From Isurus oxyrinchus (lineage: Eukaryota): DNA of 33,304 bases. The position numbers and the translations under genes are program-made. This document shows, piece by piece, positions 1 through 11,108 of this stretch. The notes under the pieces are model-generated. The model saw only the letters and a program-made list of their open reading frames with translations. It was not told the origin of the DNA and ran no database searches. The stretch spans positions 496,001-529,304 of the forward strand of contig JANJGN010000163.1 of NCBI GenBank assembly GCA_026770705.1, written 5' to 3'. Position 1 is the stretch's first letter. Each line of letters starts with the position of its first letter.

Positions 1-986
1 TTAACACGGGGACAGTGTTCAGTTCAAACTGCTTCATATCCCTTCTCAGTAATTCCATTCCCTCAAAGCGACAGGGAAATAATGTTCCATTCAAATCTCT
101 TCTCAAAGTTCCCGCTGTATCTGCTTCCTGTAACCTCTTAATAACACAATCAGTTAGAATTAAAAATCACCTGAATCTCCCCTGTCGGCCGTTTATGAAT
201 CCACTTTAATCGGCGACCCCCGTTCCCTTAGATTATTGTCAAGGGGAAAAGCTTCAGTCCTAAATCTAACCATGGCCCTAATGTGGAACATATCTATCAG
301 ATCGGCACTCAGCTTGATCTGGCTGAATAATGGCTGTCCGTGTTTCCTCGCTGCTACTTATACTGTCGGGTAAGAGCAATAGCTTGTTATGGGACGTCAA
401 AGTCAGTTCCCTGTGCAGAGAGCCTGAGCTGCCGAGTGGAGACATTAGACCAACTCGAGAGGATTGGACAGGGTTTCCACATGAACTATCTCTCCACAGG
501 CCACATGCGGCCAACTGGTTCCAATCTTTGCAACCAATCATCTGTAACACAATGCACATTGCCAGGCAGCCGGACCACCTGTATTGTTAACCCCACCCAG
601 TGACCAGGCAGGAAAGAGTCATCTGCCTTGTTTGGAGGGACAATGGGGGAGGGGGTTTTCTCTGGACCTCCATGATATGCAGCCACTTCCACAGCCAAGC
701 GAAAGGCGGGGCGACATTCAACAACCGAGGCAGGACCTTCCTAGGGCGCTTTGACTGGAACATTCCTTCCCAGTTAGGAACGGGCTATAATTGCTGGGCT
801 GGGCCAGTGAAGGCCACATCCCGGGAACAAATAAGGAAACAAAAGCCCCTGAGTAAATTCCGGCCATGGATCCAATTTCCACATGGCAGTCAGAGCTGGA
901 TATTCATCCTTCTCACCTGGCCGGCTACGGAAGGGCCACCTGCTGTGCTTTGGTCAGCAAGGACCTGTCCTGTTGAGTGAGCTTCC

Positions 987-1040
987 AATGACATCACTTC
1001 CGCACGCAGCCATATCACGAGGCGCAGCGGCAGTATAACT
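987..1040 (+). promoter_or_regulatory. Type-A V promoter: CRE-like V-beta decamer, Ets site and TATA-like element (copies start at 8127, 18462, 23090)
   Basis: AATGACATCA (987-996) is a 9/10 match to the TCR V-beta decamer AGTGACATCA. It overlaps CACTTCCG (Ets GGAAG core on - strand). TATAA lies at 1034-1038, about 60 bp upstream of the ATG. Confidence 0.7.
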
Positions 1041-1099
1041 CCAGTCTGTGAAAGCGGGCGGAGCTGCGAGTTTGAGAGAGCGTGTGAAAGTCCCGCATC

Positions 1100-2029
1100 A
1101 TGGGCTGGACAGTGAATCTCTCTGCACTGTTGCTGCTGCTGCTACCAGGTTACAATGAATATTTGTAAGGGGGAATGGGCTCCCTGTTGCTGAAGCGACA
1201 ATTCATTCAGTTGGATCATTTGTAGAATTGGATATTGTTGAGCTCGGTGTTGCCAGTCATAGTGCGGAAGTTGCATTCTGCCAAAGTAACTGGGAACAAT
1301 AGACGGGCGGGGAATATCTGCTGGACAAAGGGTTGAGGGAAAGGGGATAGGACTACATACAAATGCAAAGCCCCTTGGCAGCCGAGCTGGGGAGGTGAGC
1401 AGCCTCACTGAGCAGGAAGAGTCCGTCTCACTGGAGAGTTAAAGTGTGTGGGGCGCGGCGAACGCGGCTGAGTTAGCGGTGTGGGGTATGGGAAGCTGCT
1501 GGGCAGGAGTATTGCACACAAATCTGCACCCAGGACAAGTATCTCCAGAGAGCGCCGCTACCACTGAGCTGGGGCGACACTGGGCACCCAGACATTATGG
1601 TTCTGTTTCTGGGTGAAGGGAGCTGAGCGACCGAGAGCTGCGCTGTGAGATTCGACAATAGCTTTCTCCACATCCTGATGGTGCCAGTTCATTTCTGATC
1701 CGCTCTGTCTCTCACCTCCCTCCTCAGCCTCCTGCAGGAGCGCCCTGGTTTCCCAGTGGCCGAGCCGTCTGTCCGTTAGAGAGGGGGACACGGTGGAGAT
1801 GGGCTGTTACCAGAACGATACCAGCGAGAGCTACATGTACTGGTATCGGCAGCACCCCGGAGCAGGGCTGCAGCTCATGGTCACCTCGGTGGGTACCTCA
1901 GAGCCCAGGCCTGAAGATGGTTTCAAGAAGAGGTTTAATGTGACCAGACCCGAGATTAAGTTGTTCAGCCTGAAAATACTGAGCGTGGAGCTGACTGACA
2001 CTGCGGTTTATTACTGCGCTGCGAGTGAA
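1100..2029 (+). CDS. TRBV: TCR beta-like V segment A1 (leader exon 1100-1148, V exon 1728-2029), apparently intact
   Basis: Leader MGWTVNLSALLLLLLP ends at AG|GT. Acceptor ctcctcag restores frame (phase 1). Exon reads ASCRSALVSQWP..VEMGCYQNDTSESYMYWYRQHPGAGLQLM..RFNVTRP..DTAVYYCAASE, with Ig V-set C, W and DxAxYYC, then a 23-RSS. It resembles horned-shark TCR beta V as I recall it (needs BLAST/IMGT confirmation). Confidence 0.9.
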
Positions 2030-2068
2030 CACAGAGACTCAAACTGCTGCCGGGCTGGGTCTAAAACC
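2030..2068 (+). other. 23-RSS of A1
   Basis: CACAGAG + 23 bp (actcaaactgctgccgggctggg) + TCTAAAACC. Confidence 0.9.
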
Positions 2069-2344
2069 TTTAAATTAACCCTTTAAAGCGCATCACTCAC
2101 CAAACTCCAACTTAAGCACTCTAATGCAACCCAAAGCTGCACTCCTACACTGACCAGTGTCTGGTTTTCCAAAAGAAAACTTACGATTTGATAAAACAAT
2201 CCTTTCCAACACTGCCTGAGTGACAATTCAAAATTGACAGCATCGCTTCAATACTTTTCAACGCAGTAGAAATATCCTGGGGTGAATCGTGGACTCTTAC
2301 AGGACAGAGTATTCATTTATTTCTATTGTGCCTCTTTGAATCGG

Positions 2345-2670
2345 CTCCATACTTCATTTCACTACTTATTTCCTCAAAGCGCCTCCGATAAACCTTGTTC
2401 CAAGACATTGCCAAATATCTCCTCAAAGTTCCCATTCAATCTGCTTCCTGCATCATTTCAGACAATACAATCCAACTAATAATAGCTTCAATGAGATATA
2501 AGTACCATCCTTTTAATCTCCCCTGTTGTACGTTTGTGAATCACCTTTAGGGCTGTGCCCTCTGTTCCCCAAATACTATCAAAGTGACCTGCTTCCCCTT
2601 ATTTACCCCATCCAAACCGGACATCATTGTGAACAGACACATCCCGTCTATTCTAAGCATTCTCTGGCCA
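2345..2670 (-). mobile_element. Very old CR1/L2-like remnant; a related remnant lies at about 30-330 and both recur in each unit
   Basis: Shared words cctcaaagcg, ctcaaagttccc..atctgcttcctg and aatctcccctgt..cgttt.tgaatc. They resemble the antisense of CR1 ORF2 3' ends. Confidence 0.4.
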
Positions 2671-3129
2671 ATGATGTCCGGCACCTTTCCTTCACTGCTG
2701 CTGGGACTGGTCTCTGAAGGAAATAACTGGGAACAGTGCTAATGGAGTCCTCCTGAGATGCCGTTGGAGAAATGAGGGGAGCTCCGACAGGTTTAACAAT
2801 CGCCTCAGGTGAGATATCTCTCCCTACGCTTCACATAGGCAATCGGTACGAATCTTTATACACAGCCCCCATCAGATGCAATGTCCTGCACCTTGCCAGA
2901 CAACGCCATGTACTTATCATTCTGCTATCCACAGACAGGAAAAGGGGTGGCTGTTTGTCTCGGGTAAGAAACGGGCCAGTAAACACCTTGTGGGTGTTGC
3001 TGAAATGTTGTCGTCTCCACACCCCCAAACCCGAGAGGTGTGACAGCGGATTTGGAGCTGCAGTGTGTCTGTCTGAGAGCTGGGATGGAGCAGAAGGATT
3101 GACCCAGGGTGGTTCATGATTCCAGCACC

Positions 3130-3929
3130 ATGCTGCACAGTGCTTTCCTGTACCTCATGTTTCTGCTGCTCCCAGGTTACTTTTCATCCTTTGTAGGCCA
3201 ACCCTGGCCGCTCTAAACCTGCTTTTGGGGGGAAACTTCAATTCTTGGAGCATTAGAAGCTGCAGAAAGGCTTCGGTCAGTGAAGAGATTGAGCAGGTTC
3301 CTTACTGACTGAAGCAGTGAGTGGCTGTGGTCTGGAGAATACATTGCATGAGAGGCTGGGGAAGCAGCTGCAACTTGTGCCCCACACAAGGGACAGGGTA
3401 AATTTCCAAATGGGGTAATATTGCTCGGGCTGACGGTAAAGGGCACGGGAGTGGGGGTTTAATTGGAAATGGCCTCGCCAGAGATGGGCAGGCACGGTTC
3501 CCCTATCCAATTCTACGGATTCTAGTGGTTTAAAATGTACAGAACCGGCCCCATCACCAGAAAGTTGATGTTTGACCCGATGTGCCTGTGGTTTGTTTTT
3601 TAATGTAATAAAAGTGTTTCTCTGTAGCTGTCTGCAGGAGCGCTCTCATTACCCAGTGGCCCAAGAGATTGTCCGTGGGAAAAGGGGAGATGGTGGAGAT
3701 GGGCTGTTACCAGAACGACAGCAGTGACAGCTCCATGTCCTGGTACCGTCAGCACCACCGGGCAGGGCTGCAGCTCATGGTCACCTCGCTGGGTACCTCA
3801 GAGCCCAGGCCTGAAGAGGGGTTCAAGGAGAGGTTTGAAGTGACGAGACACAACACCAAGTGGTGCAGCCTGAAAATACTGAGCGTGGAGCTGACTGACC
3901 CTACGGTTTATTACTGCGCTGCTGGTGAA
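3130..3929 (+). CDS. TRBV: TCR beta-like V segment B1 (leader 3130-3175, V exon 3628-3929), open frame
   Basis: Leader MLHSAFLYLMFLLLP, GT..AG intron, exon AVCRSALITQWPKRLSVGKGEMVEMGCYQNDSSDSSMSWYRQ..RFEVTRHNTKWCSLKILSVELTDPTVYYCAAGE. The DxA motif is altered to DPT. Confidence 0.87.
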
Positions 3930-3968
3930 CACAGAGACTCAAACAGGTGTAGATCTTGTTCAAAAACA
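3930..3968 (+). other. 23-RSS of B1
   Basis: CACAGAG + 23 bp (actcaaacaggtgtagatcttgt) + TCAAAAACA. Confidence 0.9.
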
Positions 3969-4310
3969 TCCCCACTCTGTTCTACTGGGAGCTAAAACCT
4001 CTGTAAACTCCAGTAAGTGGTGGTGCTGCAACCACCTGGATATTGGTGACGATCTATGTGGTTTTTACTGCAACCTTCCCAGTGGATAAAATGTCCCAAA
4101 TCCTCTCAGTCTGACCTGAATGACAAGTCCAAACCTACCTCCCACAGCAAATCCTTTCCATAATGAAGACCAATAAAAACAAAGAGGCTGGAATAAGCGG
4201 CGGATTATACAGGGCAGCCCCCTCCCCCCGGCCTATCGCACCTATTTGAAACTGTTCTGAGGCTTCATCTCATTCCAGCAGTGCCTAATCTGTGCTTTTC
4301 CAATGTTCCC

Positions 4311-4357
4311 ACAGACACTGCGGCTTGTCCCTGCGCTGCTGGTGTTCACAGGGACTC
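4311..4357 (+). pseudogene. Relic 3' end of a V segment (copies at 11451-11497 and 26413-26459)
   Basis: acagacactgcggcttgtccctgcgctgctggtgtt-cacaggg-actc aligns to V 3' end actgacactgcggtttattactgcgctgctggtgaa-cacagag-actc. No nonamer follows. Confidence 0.7.
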
Positions 4358-4649
4358 GGACATGAAACCAGGAGCCAGTCCTGATAGGGCTGTGAGCTGG
4401 TCAGCTCCAAATCTCCATGAAGAATCCATCATTAACCGCTCTCTCTCCTTTACCAAATTACCTCATTGTGAAATGGTAAAATCCAGCTGGCCAATCAAAA
4501 ATAATATTAACAAATCCAACCAGAATAATAATCACCTTCCAAATGAGATATAAGCTGGCGCGTTAACACTTCAAATAAGAAGCGCAAGTCCTTTCGGGGA
4601 GGTTTGTGTGAAGCAAATCTTCATACACAGGCTGGAGGGAAACTAGCAA

Positions 4650-4860
4650 ACTCTCTCTCTCTCTCTACACCCCCCACTCCCCCACCCCCCACTGCCCCCA
4701 ATACCCCCCCCCACCCCCTGTCCCCCCTACCCCCTCCAACCACTCACGCTCCCTCCCACTGCCCCCACTCACTCCCCCCATTCCCCCACTCACTGCACCC
4801 TTCCCCCTCTCCCTGCCCCCTCCCCTTCTCCTTCCCCCCTCCTTCCACTCCCCCCTTCCC
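4650..4860. repeat. (CT)n followed by C-rich low-complexity tract
   Basis: Dense C-runs. Paralogous tracts at about 11790-12260 and 26753-26940. Confidence 0.9.
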
Positions 4861-7140
4861 GCTGACATGGGTGGTGCTGTTGTTGTCTGGCGCACTGACC
4901 TCTACCTCACAGAGGCTGAGCGTCAACTCGCAGACACTTCCTCCTACCTCTCCCTGGACCATGACCCCACCACTGAACATCAAGCCATTGTTTCCAGGAC
5001 TGTCACTGACCTCATCTCCTCTGGGGATCTTCCTCCCACAGCTTCTAACTTGATAGTCGCCCAACCTCGGACGGCCCGCTTCTATCTCCTACCCAAAATC
5101 CACAAACAGAACTGCCCCGGTAGACCGATCGTCTCAGCTTGCTCCTGCCCCACAGAACTCATCTCTCGTTATCTTGACTCCCTTCTCTCTCCCCTTGTCC
5201 AGTCCCTCCCCACCTACATCCGTGATTCCTCTGACACCTTACGTCACATCAACAATTTCCAGTTCCCTGGCCCCAACCGCTTCCTCTTCACCATGGACGT
5301 CCAATCCCTCTACACCTCCATCCCCCACCAGGATGGTCTGAGGGCCCTTAGCTTCTTCCTCGAACAGAGGCCCGAACAATCCCCATCCACCACTACTCTC
5401 CTCCGTCTGGCTGAACTTGTTCTCACACTGAACAATTTCTCCTTCAACTCCTCTCACATCCTCCAAATAAAAGGTGTGGCTATGGGTACCCACATGGGCC
5501 CCAGCTATGCCTGTCTCTTTATGGGGTATGTGGAACATTCCTTGTTGCAGTCCTACTCCGGCCCCCTTCCACAACTTTTTCTCCGGTACATCGATGATTA
5601 CTTCGGTGCTGCTTCATGCTCTCGTCGGGACTTGGAAAAATTTATTAATTTTGCTTCCAATCTCCATCCCTCCATCATTTTCACGTGGTCCATCTCTGAC
5701 ACTTCCCTTCCCTTCCTTGACCTCTCTGTCTCAATCTCTGGTGATAGACTGTCCACCAATATCCATTAGAAACCCACCGACTCCCACAGCTACCTCGACT
5801 ACAGCTCCTCACACCCCGCTTCCTGTAAGGACTCCATCCCATTCTCCCAGTTCCTTCGCCTTCGTCGCATCTGTTCCGATGATGCTACCTTCAAAAACAG
5901 TTCATCTGACATGTCCTCCTTCTTCCTTAACCGAGGTTTTCCACCCACGGTCGTTGACAGGGCCCTCAACCGTGTGCGGCCCATCTCTCGCACATCCGCC
6001 CTCACGCCTTCTCCTCCCTCCCAGAAACATGATAGGGTCCCCCTTGTCCTCACTTATCACCCCACCAGCCTCCGCATTCAAAGGATCATCCTCCGCCATT
6101 TCCGCCAACTCCAGCATGATGCCACCACCAAACACATCTTCACTTTCACTCCCACGGTGGCATTCCGCAGGGATTGTTCCCTCCGGGACACCCTGGTCCA
6201 CTCCTCCATCACCCCCTACTCCTCAACCCCCTCCTATGGCACCACCCCATGCCCACACAAAAGATGTAACACCTGCCCCTTCACTTCCTCTCTCCTCACC
6301 GTCCAAGGGCCCAAACACTCCTTTCAAGTGAAGCAGCATTTCACTTGCATTTCCCCAACTTAGTCTACTGCATTCGTTGCTCCCAATGTGGTCTCCTCTA
6401 CATTGGAGAGACCAAACGTAAACTGGGCGACCGCTTTGCAGAACACCTGTGGTCTGTCCGCAAGAATGACCCAAACCTCCCTGTCGCTTGCCATTTTAAC
6501 ACTCCATCCTGCTCTCTTGCCCACATGTCTGTCCTTGGCTTACTGCATTGTTCCAATGAAGCCCAACGCAAACTGGAGGAACAACACCTCATCTTCCGAC
6601 TAGGCACCTTACAGCCTTCCGGACTGAATATTGAATTCAATAACTTTAGGTCGTGAGCTCCCCCCCCCATCCCCACCCCCTTTCTGTTTCCCCCTTTTTT
6701 TTCCCTATAAATTTTATAGATTTTTCTTTTCCCACCTATTTCCATTATTTTTAAATATTTTAAATCTTTTATGCTCCCTCCACCCCCACTAGAGCTGTAC
6801 CTTGAGTGCCCTACCATCCATTCTTAATTAGCACATTCGTTTAGATAATATCACCAACTTTAACTTTAACACCTATGTGTTCTATTGTACCATTGTCGCT
6901 GATATCTTTTGATGATCTGCTTCTATCACTGCTTGTTTGTCTACACAAGCACCTCTCTCTCTCTCTCCGCCCCCCCCCCCCCACACACACACACCTTAAA
7001 CCAGCTTATATTTCAACTCTTTCTTGGACTCGAAATCAAGTTCTGTCGAAGGGTCATGAGGACTCGAAATGTCAACTCTTTTCTTCTCCGCCGATGCTGC
7101 CAGACCTGCTGAGTTTTTCCAGGTAATTCTGTTCTTGTTT
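4858..7140 (+). mobile_element. Penelope-like retroelement copy 1 (5'-truncated; RT + GIY-YIG; inactivated)
   Basis: Motifs PADMGGAVVVW, FYLLPKIHK..PGRPIVS, MDVQSLYTSIP, GVAMGTHMGPSYACLFM, RYIDD and LVYCIRCSQCGLLYIGETKR..RFAEH. Premature TAG at 5767-5769 (TAC in copy 2) and a frameshift near 6355. Confidence 0.93.
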
Positions 7141-8239
7141 TTAACACGGGGACAGTGTTCAGTTCAAACTGTTTCATATCCCTTCTCAGTAATTCCATTC
7201 CCTCAAAGCGACAGGGAAATAATGTTCCATTCAAATCTCTTCTCAAAGTTCCCGCTGTATCTGCTTCCTGTAACCTCTTAATAACACAATCAGTTAGAAT
7301 TAAAAATCACCTGAATCTCCCCTGTCGGCCGTTTATGAATCCACATTAATCGGCGACCCCCGTTCCCTTAGATTATTGTCAAGGGGAAACGCTTCAGTCC
7401 CAAATCTAACCATGGCCCTAATGTGGAACATATCTATCAGATCGGCACTCAGCTTGATCTGGCTGAATAATGGCTGTCCGTGTTTCCTCGCTGCTACTTA
7501 TACTGTCGGGTAAGAGCAATAGCTTGTTATGGGACGTCAAAGTCAGTTCCCTGTGCAGAGAGCCTGAGCTGCCGAGTGGAGACATTAGACCAACTCGAGA
7601 GGATTGGACAGGGTTTCCACATGAACTATCTCTCCACAGGCCACATGCGGCCAACTGGTTCCAATCTTTGCAACCAATCATCTGTAACACAATGCACATT
7701 GCCAGGCAGCCGGACCACCTGTATTGTTAACCCCACCCAGTGACCAGGCAGGAAAGAGTCATCTGCCTTGTTTGGAGGGACAATGGGGGAGGGGGTTTTC
7801 TCTGGACCTCCATGATATGCAGCCACTTCCACAGCCAAGCGAAAGGCGGGGCGACATTCAACAACCGAGGCAGGACCTTCCTAGGGCGCTTTGACTGGAA
7901 CATTCCTTCCCAGTTAGGAACGGGCTATAATTGCTGGGCTGGGCCAGTGAAGGCCACATCCCGGGAACAAATAAGGAAACAAAAGCCCCTGAGTAAATTC
8001 CGGCCATGGATCCAATTTCCACATGGCAGTCAGAGCTGGATATTCATCCTTCTCACCTGGCCGGCTACGGAAGGGCCACCTGCTGTGCTTTGGTCAGCAA
8101 GGACCTGTCCTGTTGAGTGAGCTTCCAATGACATCACTTCCGCACGCAGCCATATCACGAGGCGCAGCGGCAGTATAACTCCAGTCTGTGAAAGCGGGCG
8201 AAGCTGCGAGTTTGAGAGAGCGTGTGAAAGTCCCGCATC

Positions 8240-9169
8240 ATGGGCTGGACTGTGAATCTCTCTCCACTGTTGCTGCTGCTGCTACCAGGTTACAATGAAT
8301 ATTTGTAAGGGGGAATGGGCTTCCTGTTGCTGAAGCGACAATTCATTCAGTTGGATCATTTGTAGAATTGGATATTGTTGAGCTCGGTGTTGCCAGTCAT
8401 AGTGCGGAAGTTGCATTCTGCCAAAGTAACTGGGAACAATAGACGGGCGGGGAATATCTGCTGGACAAAGGGTTGAGGGAAAGGGGATAGGACTACATAC
8501 AAATGCAAAGCCCCTTGGCAGCCGAGCTGGGGAGGTGAGCAGCCTCACTGAGCAGGAAGAGTCCGTCTCACTGGAGAGTTAAAGTGTGTGGGGCGCGGCG
8601 AACGCGGCAGAGTTAGCGGTGTGGGGTATGGGAAGCTGCTGGGCAGGAGTATTGCACACAAATCTGCACCCAGGACAAGTATCTCCAGAGAGCGCCGCTA
8701 CCACTGAGCTGGGGCGACACTGGGCACCCAGACATTATGGTTCTGTTTCTGGGTGAAGGGAGCTGAGCGACCGAGAGCTGCGCTGTGAGATTCGACAATA
8801 GCTTTCTCCACATCCTGATGGTGCCAGTTCATTTCTGATCCGCTCTGTCTCTCACCTCCCTCCTCAGCCTCCTGCAGGAGCGCCCTGGTTTCCCAGTGGC
8901 CGAGCCGTCTGTCCGTTAGAGAGGGGGACACGGTGGAGATGGGCTGTTACCAGAACGATACCAGCGAGACCTACATGTACTGGTATCGGCAGCACCCCGG
9001 AGCAGGGCTGCAGCTCATGGTCACCTCGGTGGGTACCTCAGAGCCCAGGCCTGAAGAGGGGTTCAAGAAGAGGTTTAATGTCACCAGATCCGAGATTAAG
9101 TTGTGCAGCCTGAAAATACTGAGCGTGGAGCTGACTGACACTGCGGTTTATTACTGCGCTGCGAGTGAA
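8240..9169 (+). CDS. TRBV: TCR beta-like V segment A2 (leader 8240-8288, V exon 8868-9169), apparently intact
   Basis: Same structure as A1. CDR1 NDTSETYMY, FR3 TRSEIKLC, ends YYCAASE. Confidence 0.9.
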
Positions 9170-9208
9170 CACAGCGACTCAAACTGCTGCCGGGCTGGGT
9201 CTAAAACC
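9170..9208 (+). other. 23-RSS of A2
   Basis: CACAGCG + 23 bp + TCTAAAACC. Confidence 0.9.
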
Positions 9209-10270
9209 TTTAAATTAACCCTTTAAAGCGCATCACTCACCAAACTCCAACTTAAGCACTCTAATGCAACCCAAAGCTGCACTCCTACACTGACCAGTGT
9301 CTGGTTTTCCAAAAGAAAACTTACGATCGCATTAAGCAATCCTTGCCAACACTGCCTGAGTGACAATTCAAAATTGACAGCATCGCTTCAATACTTTTCA
9401 ACGCAGTAGAAATATCCTGGGGTGAATCGTGGACTCTTACAGGACAGAGTATTCATTTACTTCTATTGTGCCTCTTTGAATCGGCTCCATTCTTCATTTC
9501 ACTACTTATTTCCTCAAAGCGCCTCCAATAAATCTTGTTCCAAGACATTGACAAATATCTCCTCAAAGTTCCCATTCAATCTGCTTCCTGCATCATTTCT
9601 GACAATACAATCCAACTAATAATAGCTTCAATGAGATATAAGTACCATCCTTTTAATCTCCCCTGTTGTACGTTTGTGAATCACCTTTAGGGTTGTGCCC
9701 TCTGTTCCCCAAATACTATCAAAGTGACCTGCTTCCCCTTATTTACCCCATCCAAACCGGACATCATTGTGAACAGACACATCCCGTCTATTCTAAGCAT
9801 TCTCTGGCCAATGATGTCCGGCACCTTTCCTTCACTGCTGCTGGGACTGGTCTGTGAAGGAAATAACTGGGAACAGTGCTAATGGAGACCTCCTGAGATA
9901 CCGAGTGGAGAAATGAGGGGAGCTCCGACAGGTTTAACAATCGCCTCAGGTGAGATATCTCTCCCTACGCTTCACATAGGCAATCGGTACGAATCTTTAT
10001 ACACAGCCCCCATCAGATGCAATGTCCTGCACCTTGCCAGACAACGCCGTGTACTTATCATTCTGCTATCCACAGACAGGAAAAGGGTTGGCTGTTTGTC
10101 TCGGGTAAGAAACGGGCCAGTAAACACCTTGTGGGTGTTGCTGAAATGTTGTCGTCTCCACACCCCCAAACCCGAGAGGAGTGACAGCGGATTTGGAGCT
10201 GCAGTGTGTCTGTCTGAGAGCTGGGATGGAGCAGAAGGATTGACCCAGGGTGGTTCATGATTCCAGCATC

Positions 10271-11069
10271 ATGCTGCACAGTGCTTTCCTGTACCTCATG
10301 TTTCTGCTGCTCCCAGGTTACTTTTCATCCTTTGTAGGCCAACCCTGGCCGCTCTAAACCTGCTTTTGGGGGGAAACTTCAATTCTTGGAGCATTAGAAG
10401 CTGCAGAAAGGCTTCGGTCAGTGAAGAGATTGAGCAGGTTCCTTACTGACTGAAGCAGTGAGTGGCTGTGGTCTGGAGAATACATTGCATGAGAGGCTGG
10501 GGAAGCAGCTGCAACTTGTGCCCCACACAAGGGACGGGGTAAATTTCCAAATGGGGTAATATTGCTCGAGCTGACGGTAAAGGGCACGGGAGTGGGGGTT
10601 TAATTGGAAATGGCCTCGCCAGAGATGGGCAGGCACGGTTCCCCTATCCACTTCTACGGATTCTGGTTTTTTAAAATGTACAGAACCGGCCCCATCACCA
10701 GAAAGTTGATGTTTGACCCTATGTGTCTGTGGTTGATTTTTAATGTAATAAAAGTGTTTCTCTGTAGCTGTCTGCAGGAGCGCTCTCATTACCCAGTGGC
10801 CCAAGAGATTGTCCGTGGGAAAAGGGGAGATGGTGGAGATGGGCTGTTACCAGAACGACAGCAGTGACAGCTCCATGTCCTGGTATCGTCAGCACCCCGG
10901 AGCAGGGCTGCAGCTCATGGTCACCTCGGTGGGTACCTCAGAGCCCAGGCCTGAAGAGGGTTTCAAGGAGAGGTTTGAAGTGACAAGACACAACTTCAAG
11001 TGGTGCAGCCTGAAAATACTGAGCGTGGAGCTGACTGACACTGCGGTTTATTACTGCACTGTGAGTGAA
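10271..11069 (+). CDS. TRBV: TCR beta-like V segment B2 (leader 10271-10316, V exon 10768-11069), apparently intact
   Basis: Same structure as B1. Ends DTAVYYCTVSE. Confidence 0.88.
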
Positions 11070-11108
11070 CACAGAGACTCAAACAGGTGTAGATCTTGTT
11101 CAAAAACA
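11070..11108 (+). other. 23-RSS of B2
   Basis: CACAGAG + 23 bp + TCAAAAACA. Confidence 0.9.

Noticed and set aside
15-980. Short ORFs repeated in each cassette
   Set aside because: Their recurrence reflects recent duplication; no recognisable domains.
1732-1737. Alternative acceptor ctgcag 10 nt inside the V exon
   Set aside because: Using it shifts the frame relative to the leader.
1793-2086. ORF-track V ORFs as standalone single-exon genes
   Set aside because: They start inside the V exon and read through the RSS. The real structure is spliced leader plus V needing rearrangement.
2296-2340. IYFYCAS peptide resembling a V end
   Set aside because: No heptamer follows and no upstream V motifs; the paralogous copy near 19790 does not keep it.
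3136-3142. Perfect CACAGTG in type-B leader exons
   Set aside because: No nonamer at 12 or 23 bp; it simply encodes His-Ser-Ala.
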